From the sequence record SRR9188676_834: DNA of 40,704 nt; one strand, given 5' to 3'. Position numbers and translations under genes: made by a program. The notes beneath the pieces were generated by a model. It was not told where the DNA came from, searched no databases, and saw only the letters and a program-made list of their open reading frames with translations. Shown one piece after another: positions 28,369 through 38,600 of this stretch; the first letter of the stretch is position 1; each line of letters begins with the position of its first letter.

Positions 28369-29364
28369 TTATGGATTAAAACTAGCTCTAGCTCCTCCAA
28401 CTGCAAAAATGGCTCTTGTTCTAGTTTTTTGTCCTGCCGAGAACATGTACATACAAGCGTCGTCGGTATAATCCATATAATTCATAAACATATCACCGTT
28501 TGGACCATTACTACAAGTAACTTTTGGAAACGATGGACAACCATAATTAGCCGTTTGTTGTGTAGGAGTGTCTGTTACCATATCATTACCACAAGAAGCA
28601 TCACCCCAAATATGACGTAGATTTAACCAGTGACCAATTTCATGAGTAGCTGTTCTACCTTTATCAAATGGCGCTGAGACGTAACCTGTAGTACCAAAAT
28701 ACTGAGGTGAAATAACCACACCATCAGTTGAAGCAGCACCTCCTGGAAATTGAGCATAGCCTAAAATATTACTTCCAATATTACAAATCCAAATATTGAG
28801 CGTAGTTGTAGGAGACGTTGGATCAATCCCTCCTTTTTTAGCACTTTTCATCGCATCTCTAGTTCCCCACGAAGTTTTATTACTTTGTTTACGCACAACA
28901 TTCGAAAGCGTAAATTGTAATTCTAAATTAGAGAATCTTGAAGTAAAAGCACTTGGTACTAAACTTGCATCGGTATTAGTACCGCTAAAATCTTTGTTAA
29001 GTACATCAATTTGTGATTGAATCTGTTCAATGCTAATGTTTTGAGCAGCAGTGTTATAAATGACATTTACAACTACAGGAATTACCAAAGTACCTGTTTC
29101 TCCTACCCTACTTGCTTTCATTTTTTGTTGAAATGCCAATGTTTGTTGTTCAACAGCATTCATTTTATCAATCAAACTTGGGTCTTCTTTCATGTTTGCT
29201 TCAAGTACTTCCATCGAAGCACATTGACGCCCCATCCTAACATTTCTTGAAGATTCGTTTAAATCATTTAAAGCCTCATCTGAATTTTCTAATGATACAT
29301 CATTGCAGGATACAATAGCTAAAGAACTAGCTACGAAAGCTAGTAAATGGAGAATTTTTTTCAT
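28369..29364 (-). CDS. Zinc metalloprotease, family M43 (ulilysin/pappalysin-like) lipoprotein
   Basis: HEIGHWLNLRH zinc motif, MNYMDY Met-turn, RQCASME cysteine-switch prodomain, lipobox IVSC; start MKKILH at 29364. Confidence 0.92.
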   Translation of the reverse strand: MKKILHLLAFVASSLAIVSCNDVSLENSDEALNDLNESSRNVRMGRQCASMEVLEANMKEDPSLIDKMNAVEQQTLAFQQKMKASRVGETGTLVIPVVVNVIYNTAAQNISIEQIQSQIDVLNKDFSGTNTDASLVPSAFTSRFSNLELQFTLSNVVRKQSNKTSWGTRDAMKSAKKGGIDPTSPTTTLNIWICNIGSNILGYAQFPGGAASTDGVVISPQYFGTTGYVSAPFDKGRTATHEIGHWLNLRHIWGDASCGNDMVTDTPTQQTANYGCPSFPKVTCSNGPNGDMFMNYMDYTDDACMYMFSAGQKTRTRAIFAVGGARASFNP

Positions 29365-29569
29365 CGCTTTTAGTTTTTTGAAGTAAAAAAGGTAATACGA
29401 AGAACACATAAATGAAGTGCACGAAAAATGTGTTCATCTTAATCTAAATTTATCGTTTTTATTATAAAAAGACAAAGAAATCATGAATATTTATCACTTA
29501 ACTTTCATTTTCTTCACATAAGTTAATTAAAGTATTTGTCTATACTTTAATTTATTTACTATTATCAAC

Positions 29570-29602
29570 AAAAAATGGCACTAGCTTTAGGTCAATGCCA
29601 TT
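29570..29602 (-). terminator. Predicted intrinsic terminator abutting the 42-bp array
   Basis: Minus strand AATGGCATTGACCTAAAGCTAGTGCCATTTTTT: stem with G-U pairs followed by U-tract. Confidence 0.55.
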
Positions 29603-29820
29603 CCGATGACTGATTTTCAGTGGCGTGATAATAAAAACAAAACTTCGATGACCGATTTTCAGTGGCGTGAGAGTAAAAACAAGACTTCAATGAACAATTT
29701 GCAGTGGCGTGTGAATAAAAATAAAGCTTCGATGACCGATTTTCAGTGGCGTGTGAATAAAAATAAGACTTCGATGACTAATTTTCAGTGGCATGAGAAT
29801 AAAAACAGGGCTTTGATGAC
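29601..29820. repeat. Tandem array of five 42-bp units plus a partial sixth
   Basis: ATG recurs at 29606, 29648, 29690, 29732, 29774, 29816; consensus CTTCGATGACCGATTTTCAGTGGCGTGWGAATAAAAAYAAGA. Confidence 0.95.
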
Positions 29821-29902
29821 TCCGCAGTTGTTGTTGTTTATCATTGGGTCGCCAAGACCAACAATACCAGCGTTAGCAATACACCAATTATCGAAACCAT
29901 AA
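29606..29902 (+). CDS. Possible 14-aa repeat protein (MTDFQWR.NKNKTS)x5
   Basis: Open frame across the array; several synonymous differences among units; poor initiation context. Confidence 0.3.
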   Translation: MTDFQWRDNKNKTSMTDFQWRESKNKTSMNNLQWRVNKNKASMTDFQWRVNKNKTSMTNFQWHENKNRALMTPQLLLFIIGSPRPTIPALAIHQLSKP

Positions 29903-30000
29903 TTTTGAATTGCAGGAAAGCCTAGTACTAATTGGAGTATTAAAACAAAACTGCTGATTAAGTCTGCATTTTTAAAATAGTGTAAATAACCCTTTTCCCA

Positions 30001-30070
30001 AATCCCGAAGGGATGAAAGGATTATAGAACAGAGCAAGATATTATTTCTAAAACCCCGAAGGGGTGATAT
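30001..30070 (+). repeat. Paired REP-like palindromes (ATCCCGAAGGGAT and ACCCCGAAGGGGT)
   Basis: Two short GAA-loop hairpins about 50 bp apart; same family as 1057-1084. Confidence 0.7.
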
Positions 30071-30157
30071 AAATGTATCCAATTATCAAAACCATATTTT
30101 TTTCTCCCTCGTTGTAATTATCTCCAACATAGACAAAAGAGATTGTCATTCCGTTAA

Positions 30158-30197
30158 ATAAATAGCGGTCAAAAAACTAATTTTGACCGCTATTTAT
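30158..30197 (-). terminator. Terminator at the end of the PUL
   Basis: ATAAATAGCGGTCAAAA / TTTTGACCGCTATTTAT perfect 17-bp arms. Confidence 0.8.
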
Positions 30198-30245
30198 GCT
30201 TTTAACATTTGGGATTACTAATATTTATCCATATTCAATGCTAGG

Positions 30246-31859
30246 CTATTTATAAACCCTAATATAATCTACTTCAAACGTTGAGGTAACAAAATTTGGA
30301 TCAATCGCTCCGCCAAATGTTCCGCCCATTGCGAAGTTGATGATAAAAAAGAAATCCTTGTTGAATGGTAAAGCATTTGTGTTGGTGAAAGTGTAAAAAA
30401 GCTTATTGTCAACATACATTTTGATAGTACTTGCCGACCAATCTATTGAATAAACATGAAATTCAGTAGAAGCATTTGTGATGGTTGTATTACCACTATC
30501 GGCATTTCCTCCTGCATGATTAGGATGGTGCATTGTTCCGTAAATTTTATTGGGTTCGTTGCCTTTGGCTTCCATAATATCTATTTCTCCGCAAGCTGGC
30601 CAACCAACAGTTTGTATATTACTTCCTAACATCCATAAAGCTGGCCAAGTGCCTCCGCCTGTAGGAAGTTTAGCACGAATATCTACTCTTCCATAAGTAA
30701 AAGAGAATTTATTCATGGTTTGAATTCTTGCCGAAGTATAGGCAAAACCACTGTAATTTTCTTTTTGAGCAGTGATTTTCAATAGACCATCTTTCACTTG
30801 GATGTTTTCAGTGCGATTGGTATAAAATTGTTTTTCAGCATTTCCCCAACCATTATCTCCATTGCCTAAATCATAACCCCAAACAGCAGGATTAGGCGCA
30901 CCGTCTTTATCAAATTCTTCTGCCCAAAACAATTTCTTTTCTGTTACGGGTTCTTCGGCTTGTTTTACTTTCAATTTGGTAAACCAAGCATTTCCATCTG
31001 CACCGATTGTTCTTAAAGTCATGCTGTTGGCAGAAAGTGCTAATATTTCATACGTATTACTCCCTGTTGCAAAATTTACAATCCCATTTCCCGGTACTGT
31101 AAATTGTACTCTAGTAGAATTTGCAGTTGTTGATGAAGAAGTAGCTCCTGAAAAAATTAAATTTTTAGCACCCGTAGTACTTATATCATAACAACCATCG
31201 CCACCAGCCAAACCATAATATGAAGTAGCTGCACCAATTAATGAAGATTGCCCTTTGTTATCGACAGTCATTGCTACGTTGTTGTTGGCATCTTTTGTAA
31301 AAGTAATTTCATCATCATACAAACAAGCAGGACGAGTATTTGGGTCTGCTGCATACCAAATTGGAGAAAAGGCATCTGCTGGACCAACACCTACGTGTCC
31401 AGAAGCATCTTTATCTGTCACCCAAACTTTTGAAGCATTGTTTGTCAAAGCCGTAAGAATATCCGTAGGAACTTCAAAAGCCACAAATACTTTTACTTTT
31501 TTACTCAAGGTAGAAGCTGCTCCACCCGTTCCGACAGCACTTACCGTAATGGTATAATCTTTAGTACCAGGAATACTGTACTTATATGTGATTTTTCCTG
31601 AAGGAACCATTTGCGTAGTTCCGTCACCAAAATCAACTTTATAAGTTAAAGCCTTGTCGGCAAGGGTTGAAATTACCACATTTCCAGAACCATTTCCGTT
31701 TGGATTGTTCGCATCTACTCCCTGTACATCAGCCGTTATTGTAAGATTTGAAGGCGCAACAATATCTCCAAAAGCATATTCTGCTTGTTTACAAGCACTA
31801 ATACTCATTACCGATGCACACAAAATGAGTATAAATGATTTTATATTATTAGTTATCAT
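30246..31859 (-). CDS. GH16 beta-1,3-glucanase (laminarinase-type) lipoprotein with PKD-like and additional N-terminal domains
   Basis: WPALWMLG...GEIDIME catalytic motif; lipobox ISAC; VDFGDG PKD-like motif. Confidence 0.9.
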   Translation of the reverse strand: MITNNIKSFILILCASVMSISACKQAEYAFGDIVAPSNLTITADVQGVDANNPNGNGSGNVVISTLADKALTYKVDFGDGTTQMVPSGKITYKYSIPGTKDYTITVSAVGTGGAASTLSKKVKVFVAFEVPTDILTALTNNASKVWVTDKDASGHVGVGPADAFSPIWYAADPNTRPACLYDDEITFTKDANNNVAMTVDNKGQSSLIGAATSYYGLAGGDGCYDISTTGAKNLIFSGATSSSTTANSTRVQFTVPGNGIVNFATGSNTYEILALSANSMTLRTIGADGNAWFTKLKVKQAEEPVTEKKLFWAEEFDKDGAPNPAVWGYDLGNGDNGWGNAEKQFYTNRTENIQVKDGLLKITAQKENYSGFAYTSARIQTMNKFSFTYGRVDIRAKLPTGGGTWPALWMLGSNIQTVGWPACGEIDIMEAKGNEPNKIYGTMHHPNHAGGNADSGNTTITNASTEFHVYSIDWSASTIKMYVDNKLFYTFTNTNALPFNKDFFFIINFAMGGTFGGAIDPNFVTSTFEVDYIRVYK

Positions 31860-31877
31860 GATTATCTGAATGTTAGA

Positions 31878-33959
31878 TTAATAAAGAATGATGTCATCAA
31901 ATAAATAAGTGAAGTTCGCAGAGCCATCTCCTTTGGTACCATTATCAAAAATCAAGACTACTTTTTGATAGCTTTTGCTTACATCAATTCCGCTGAAATC
32001 AAAAGTTAGTTCTTCCCAAGCATTGGCTTTTGTCGTACTTAATTCTTTTTCAAAACTGACACCACCATCCGTCAGACTTTCTACTTTCAACAAAACTTTA
32101 GTGCCTATTTTCGGAGCATATACTTTCATTTTAAAAGTTTTACCGACAGAAAAATCTATCGTTTTCTCTAAAGTTATAAAAGCACCACCCCAAGCTTGAC
32201 CGCCATTTTTAATCATTTGAGCCACTTTCGAACTTGTATTGATTCCATTTGAATGCGGATTTGCAATGACTGTTGCATTTCCTCCGTCGAAATTCAAGAA
32301 GTCGTATTTCAAAGAAGTAGATTCAAAAGTTAATGGAATAGTAAGCGTATTATTGGTTTCAGTAGCTGTAGCGATTTTTACATCATCCCAATAAAAAACT
32401 TTACCATTACCCGCTGTTCCAAAATCAAAGAATAAGGAAGCTTTGTGATAAGTATTCGATAAATTAAGGGCAGAAGTACCTGTTACTTGTTTGGTAAAAT
32501 CAAAGGTTAATTCTTCCCAAGCTTTAGCAGATTTAGTCAATACTTCAGTTTCAACAGAGATAGAAGCATTATTACGGTCTTCAATTTTTAATCGGATTGG
32601 AATTCCCGCTGCTGGAGAATATACTCTCACACTCATTTTAGGATTAGAAGCCGTCAACTTAATAGCAGAAGCAAAACCTGTTGGCGTTCCGATAGTAGTT
32701 CCAGCCCAAGTTTCAGCACCAGAAGGCTTGGTTGTGATTTTTACTTTATTACTTGCATTAGTTGGGTCAACGCCGTCGATAGTACTATTATTTCCGAAAT
32801 CTGTTACGGTATAATTCGTATTAGCTTCATCAAAAGTGACAGGCAAATTGATTGGCGCAATAACAACAGGGTTCATCAATTTAATATCATCAAACAAGAA
32901 AGTAAAATTAGCTGAACCATCACCACGAGTACCATTATCAAAAATTAACACGATATTTTGATATGAATTAGCTGTATTAATAGCACTGAAATCGAAGATT
33001 AATTCTTCCCAAACATTTGCTTTGCTTGTAGTAAGTTCTTTCTCAAAACTTTGTGAACCATTTGAAGCATTTTCTACTTTCAATAAAACTTTTGCACCTA
33101 CTCTTGGAGAAAACACTTTCATTGAGAAGAATTTATTCACAGAAAAGTCCATCGAAGCACCCAAAGTAATTAAACTTCCACCATAAGTTTGTCCCGGATT
33201 TTTCACCATCTTAGCCACTTTTGAAGAAGTATTAATACCACTAACTTGCGGATTGGCAATTACAGAAACATCACCACCTTCAAAATTGCTGAATTTATAG
33301 GTTTGTCCAGCCGTTTCAAAGTCAAGTGGTAATACCACAGGACTGACAATGTTTATCGTCTTTTTCACTTCGGTTATTGCTTTTCCACCACTCAAAGCCA
33401 CTACTTTCATCGCATAATTTCCTACCGCTGTATAAGTATGGCTAACGGTTGCACCTTCTAAAAAAGACATCGGTACTTCATTAGCAACATCTCCAAAATA
33501 CACTTTAAACAAAGTTTCGTTTGTCGCTTTTGCTGAAACATTTACTTTGAAAGGATTTGCTGGGTCGATAGTAGAATTTACTTCTACATTTTCTGGTGCT
33601 TTAAAAGAGACTGTAAGTTCTTGCGTACTTTCTGATACTTTTCCAGTGACTCCTTTTCCATCCAATTTTACGCTATAAATACCTTCTGCATATTTGTGTT
33701 GTATGCTTTTTCCTGCATCGACAGTTACGGGCGAAGCGGTACCATCACCAAAATTTACAGAGAAAGTGGCAACGCCTTCGCCATTTGGCGTGATGGTTAC
33801 TAAACCCGTATTGTCTTGGGTGATGTCAAAAAGAGCTGACATTTTTGCGGGTGATGAGGCAGTTTCAAGAAAAGAAATATCATCAAAAAGCTTTTCATTA
33901 CATGCCGACATGATAGCGATAAAGGCTAACATGGATAAAAATTTATGTATATTTTTCAT
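31878..33959 (-). CDS. Surface glycan-binding lipoprotein (SusE/F-positioned): two PKD-like domains + three repeated CBM-like modules
   Basis: Lipobox MSAC; FGD motifs; three repeats P..F[ED]...WEEL.FDF...FD.GT.G.G...DD[IV]. Confidence 0.8.
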   Translation of the reverse strand: MKNIHKFLSMLAFIAIMSACNEKLFDDISFLETASSPAKMSALFDITQDNTGLVTITPNGEGVATFSVNFGDGTASPVTVDAGKSIQHKYAEGIYSVKLDGKGVTGKVSESTQELTVSFKAPENVEVNSTIDPANPFKVNVSAKATNETLFKVYFGDVANEVPMSFLEGATVSHTYTAVGNYAMKVVALSGGKAITEVKKTINIVSPVVLPLDFETAGQTYKFSNFEGGDVSVIANPQVSGINTSSKVAKMVKNPGQTYGGSLITLGASMDFSVNKFFSMKVFSPRVGAKVLLKVENASNGSQSFEKELTTSKANVWEELIFDFSAINTANSYQNIVLIFDNGTRGDGSANFTFLFDDIKLMNPVVIAPINLPVTFDEANTNYTVTDFGNNSTIDGVDPTNASNKVKITTKPSGAETWAGTTIGTPTGFASAIKLTASNPKMSVRVYSPAAGIPIRLKIEDRNNASISVETEVLTKSAKAWEELTFDFTKQVTGTSALNLSNTYHKASLFFDFGTAGNGKVFYWDDVKIATATETNNTLTIPLTFESTSLKYDFLNFDGGNATVIANPHSNGINTSSKVAQMIKNGGQAWGGAFITLEKTIDFSVGKTFKMKVYAPKIGTKVLLKVESLTDGGVSFEKELSTTKANAWEELTFDFSGIDVSKSYQKVVLIFDNGTKGDGSANFTYLFDDIILY

Positions 33960-33989
33960 CGAAATTCATTTAGAAAATATGAGTCTGAA

Positions 33990-35489
33990 TTAATAACCAG
34001 CATTTTGTACCAAGCCAGAAACATCAATTTCAGCTTGTGGAATTGGAAATACTTCGTTCTTTCCAACAACAAAATTTTTGATTTTCGTAGCCGCTTGTCC
34101 AGTACGAACCAAGTCGAAAAAGCGGTCGCCTTCCATGCCTAATTCTAATCTACGTTCAGTCCAGATTGCTTCTTTCAAAGTATTTCCGGTAGCCGAAATG
34201 TTATGTGCATTGTCTCCGAAGGCTCTTTGACGAACTTTATTCAAGTACAATTGCGCATTGACATCATCTGGAGAAGCTTTACGATTCAAAGCTTCAGCAT
34301 ACATCAAATAGACATCCGAAAGACGGATAATACGTTGATTATTCAAATAATTCAGTTCGATTTGTCCGCTGGTTTCTCCTTTTCTTGGCAGATATTTTTG
34401 GTTATACAAACCAGTATTTTTATAAGGAGCTACTTGATAAGTAATGCCTAAATTTGGATTAGCATTTTTATATGCTTCGATGTCCAAACAAGTAACCTCT
34501 TTTCTTTTATCACCAGCCTGATAAGCATTGGCTAAATCTTGCGTTGGTAAATTGGTACTCCAACCTGCTGCATACGGACTATTCCCTGTGATGCCACGAA
34601 TACCACATTGCTGAACTGCTAAATTTCCTTGTCCACGAGTAACACCACCCCAATTGTAATAAGGAGAAAGATTTGAATATTGAATTTCAAAGACAGCTTC
34701 AGCACCATTTTCACCAGATTGCAAGAAAATATCTCCAAAATTTGCTACTAAAGAATAAGGTCCATCAATTACACTTTTTAATACTCCTGCGGCTAAATCA
34801 AACTTATTTTGATACAAATAAACTTTTCCTAAAAGTGCTTGTGCCGCAAATTTGGTGATTCTACCATTTTTAGGGTCAGTACTTGGTAAAACGGCGATTG
34901 CATTGGTCAAATCTTTTTCAATTTGCGCATAAACATCTGCTTTAGGTGCTTGTTTCATTGTTCTTGAATCAGCAATTCCCAACTTTTTATCCACAAACAA
35001 AGGCACATTTCCGAAAACTTTTACCAAAGTGAAATAATAGTAAGCTCTTAAAAATGCTACTTCGCCATACATGGCTTCTTTTTCAGGAAAAGCAATTACT
35101 TCGCCTGCTGGATTTTTGTCTTTGTATTGATACAGATAATTCGCACGATTGATGCCTTCGTAAGAAGCCTTCCAGATTTCGGCTAAAGTTCCATTTTGTG
35201 CAGTAAGTGTGAGGTCATCAATATTCTGTAAATCTAGTACGTCAGAGGCATTTTCACCTCCTGCTACTGCATTATCAGAAGCAATATCCCCCACTGGCAC
35301 TAATTGGTTCAACCATTGTATTGGTGTATAAACACTTACACCCATGCTTTGATAATCAGCAGAAGATTTCAAATAATCTTGGTCGGTTACTCTATAATCA
35401 TCTTTTGGACTATAGTCAACCCATTCACTACAGCTAGTAAAAACCATTGTAATGAACAGAAAACAGAGAGTATTTTTTATATTTTTCAT
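33990..35489 (-). CDS. susD: RagB/SusD family glycan-binding lipoprotein
   Basis: Lipobox FTSC; FLRAYYYF.LV..FG.VP, IRLSDVYLMYAEA, ERRLELGMEGDRFFDLVR motifs. Confidence 0.95.
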   Translation of the reverse strand: MKNIKNTLCFLFITMVFTSCSEWVDYSPKDDYRVTDQDYLKSSADYQSMGVSVYTPIQWLNQLVPVGDIASDNAVAGGENASDVLDLQNIDDLTLTAQNGTLAEIWKASYEGINRANYLYQYKDKNPAGEVIAFPEKEAMYGEVAFLRAYYYFTLVKVFGNVPLFVDKKLGIADSRTMKQAPKADVYAQIEKDLTNAIAVLPSTDPKNGRITKFAAQALLGKVYLYQNKFDLAAGVLKSVIDGPYSLVANFGDIFLQSGENGAEAVFEIQYSNLSPYYNWGGVTRGQGNLAVQQCGIRGITGNSPYAAGWSTNLPTQDLANAYQAGDKRKEVTCLDIEAYKNANPNLGITYQVAPYKNTGLYNQKYLPRKGETSGQIELNYLNNQRIIRLSDVYLMYAEALNRKASPDDVNAQLYLNKVRQRAFGDNAHNISATGNTLKEAIWTERRLELGMEGDRFFDLVRTGQAATKIKNFVVGKNEVFPIPQAEIDVSGLVQNAGY

Positions 35490-35516
35490 TGTTAGTTTTT
35501 CTTAAAATTTAATTAC

Positions 35517-35654
35517 TTTCGGACCTCGGATTTCGGTTGTCGGATTTGGAATCTGACATTTTATTTACGCTTAGATTATCAGCTTTAATTACTGAAAACC
35601 GAAATTAGAAGTCAAAAAACTGATGACTGAAATCCGAAAGCTGAAATCCCAAAT
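35517..35654. repeat. Inverted clusters of degenerate 7-bp repeats in the susC-susD spacer
   Basis: TTTCGGA CCTCGGA TTTCGGT TGTCGGA TTTGGAA on the left; ACTGAAA TCCGAAA GCTGAAA TCCCAAA on the right. Confidence 0.65.
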
Positions 35655-38600
35655 TTAAAATCTTACATCCACACCAACAGACCAAGTTCTTGCTTGCGGA
35701 TAAGTACCACGGTCAACGCCTGTATCTAACACGCCACCCGGTACTTCTGGGTCATAACCTGAATATTTCGTGAAAGTGAAAGCATTTTTTACTTGTGCAT
35801 AAATGCGGATTTTATTCACTACTTTCTTAGGCACTAAAGAGTATGGTAATGTATAACCAATCTGAACATTTTTGATTTTCACGAAAGAACCATCTTCCAC
35901 ATAGCGGTCCGAAACCCTGATATTACTGTTAGCATCAACAAATGAAAAACGTGGATTATTGGCATCGTTAGTTGAACCTTCGCCCGTCCATCTTCCTAAA
36001 ACAGATCTAAATTTGTTAGAGTAAATCGCATTTCTTTCGTAAGCTCTGTAAATATCATTTCCCACAGACGCATAAGTAAATACGTTTACATCAAGATTTT
36101 TATAAGTAATGCCAACGTTCCAACCCAAGGTAAAATCAGGGAAAGGGTTTCCGATTTGCGTTTTATCTAAATCGGTAATTTGACCGTCTCCATTGACATC
36201 TACGAAACGAATATCACCCGGAACTGCACCCGTTTGTTTTGGAGCTTCGGCGATTTGTGAAGTATTTTGAAAAAGTCCATTGGTTTTAAATCCGTAGAAA
36301 TAACCCGGAGCAAAACCTTGTTGGAAACGAGTAGCCGTTTGTGATTGTCCGTTGAAATACGAACCACCCGGAATAATAGCTGTTCCATCTGAATTAGTAG
36401 CGGTTACTAAATTTTTAGAAGTAGTAAAAGTAACGTTAGTATTCAGTTTTAAATCTTTCAAGATTTCAGCATTGTAACCAAGATTCAAATCAACACCACT
36501 ACTTTTAGTTGAACCAATATTCGCAGTTGGTGCAGCAGCAGCACCCAAGTACAATGAAATAGAAGGCGTAAATAATAAACCATCAACCGATTTATCAAAA
36601 TAATCTGCTGAAAGAGACCATTTATTATCACCAAAACGAACATCAAAACCAACGTTGCTTTGTAGCTGTTTCTCCCAACGCAAAGTGGTATTGGCATAAG
36701 AACCCACCGTAGAACCCGTCGTAAAAGTATTGCCAAAAGTATAACCATTACTGTTAGCATCGCCTGCGTAACTTGGTCCGCCAGAAATAATACCTACATA
36801 TTGCGGATTAACGTTTTCGTTACCAATAGATCCATAACTTCCTCTGATTTTCAAGTAATTCAAGAAATCAACACTAAAGAAATCTTCATTTGAAATTACC
36901 CAGCCCAAAGAACCCGCATAGAAATTGGCAAATTTATTATCAATCCCAAAAGCATAAGAACCATCACGACGAGCAGAAAACGATACTAAATATTTGTCTT
37001 TATAATCATAGTTTACTCTACCGAAGTAAGAAAGGTTTTTTCTAAAATATTGTCCATTACCAACTGTTTGCGCATTGGTATTGGTAGCAGTATTGATACC
37101 TGTTGCAGAAGTAAGGTCTGCGAAAGTCCATGAATTAAAAGGAACATCTTGTCTTGAACCATTGATTTCGTCGCCAGCTATTTTAGCGAATGAAATCCCT
37201 AATACTGTTTCAAAATTATGGTCATTATTAATTTTGAAATTATAAGTACCGAAAGTTTCAAAAGTATAAGTATTGTCGGTTCGTTTAGATTCGTAAACGC
37301 TGTTATGTCTGCCAGTAACGGTTGAGCCATCGGCATTCATAGAGTTTTCTACATTCAAAGGACCATAAAAAACGAGTGGCGTAAACGATTTGTAAGTGTT
37401 ATTAAAATTGGTATAACCAAAACGAGAAGAAAGCGTCAAGTTTTTGATTACTTCGTATTGTAGCTCTAATTTCCCATATAATTTATTTCCGTTACTTTCA
37501 TTGTAGTTGTTATCCAGTTTTGTCAAAGGATTAAAAATCTCTGAAAGTAATAAATTACTAAAGCCATATTTCCCTACAGTATTCGGTACGGTATTCAATA
37601 CAGAAACAGTTGGGTCAAAGTTCAAGGCACTTCCAATTACTGAATTGAAAGAGTTTTCTTGGACACCTACACTTTTAATATTTACATAACTGGTATTTGC
37701 CAAGAATTTTAATTTGGGAGCAATCTGAAAAGTAAGGTTTGTAGTAAAATTCAAACGGTTAAAATTTGAATTTTCACCACCGCCAACAATACCATCTTGC
37801 CCTAAATATCCACCAGAAAGAAAGTACTGAACTTTGTCACTTCCTCCTTTTACCGAAACATTGTGCGATTGCAAAGGAGCATCTTTGAAAATTTGTTTTT
37901 GCCAATCTGTTCCAACACCCAAAGTTGATAAATCTTTAAAAATCAATCCTCCGCCAGCAACCAAACTTCCTTCGTTCAAAATCGCTCCGTATTCTGTTGC
38001 ATTTAATACGCCAATAGTTTGCATTACTTGCTGAACGCCATAATTACTACTGTAAGAAATTTCTGCTTTTTGATTCTTTCCACCACTTTTTGTAGTTACT
38101 ACAATCACACCATTTCCACCTTTTACACCGTAAATAGCTGTAGTTGCCGCATCTTTCAATACGTTCATTGATTCAATATCGGCAGAATTGATAGAATTAA
38201 AATCATTTAAAGTTTGTGGTACGCCATCAATAATTACGACGGGGTCTGTTCCCGAAAAAGAAGGAATACCTCTAATCAATACTGTTGGTTTTGAACCTGG
38301 TGAACCATTTGAAATAACGGTAACACCTGAAGCTCTACCCTGAAGTGCATCTTCTGGACGAACTGGGCGAAGTTTTTCAATATCAGCACCTTTTACCGTA
38401 GCAATTGCTCCAGAAACATTGGTTACTTTTTGCGTTCCATAACCTACCACAACTACTTCATTCAGTTTTTTGCTATCAGGCACTAAACTGATGTTAATTG
38501 AAAAGCGATTTCCAACTGTTATTTCTTGTGGGTCATATCCAACCGAAGTAATGACTAATACTGCTTTTTCGTTGGGAACCACCAATGAAAAATTTCCATT

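Noticed and set aside
29365-29409. N-terminal extension of the M43 protease
   Set aside because: The lipoprotein signal begins at MKKILH (29364)
29601-29820. CRISPR array
   Set aside because: Units are contiguous near-identical 42-mers with no unique spacers, and no cas genes are in the window
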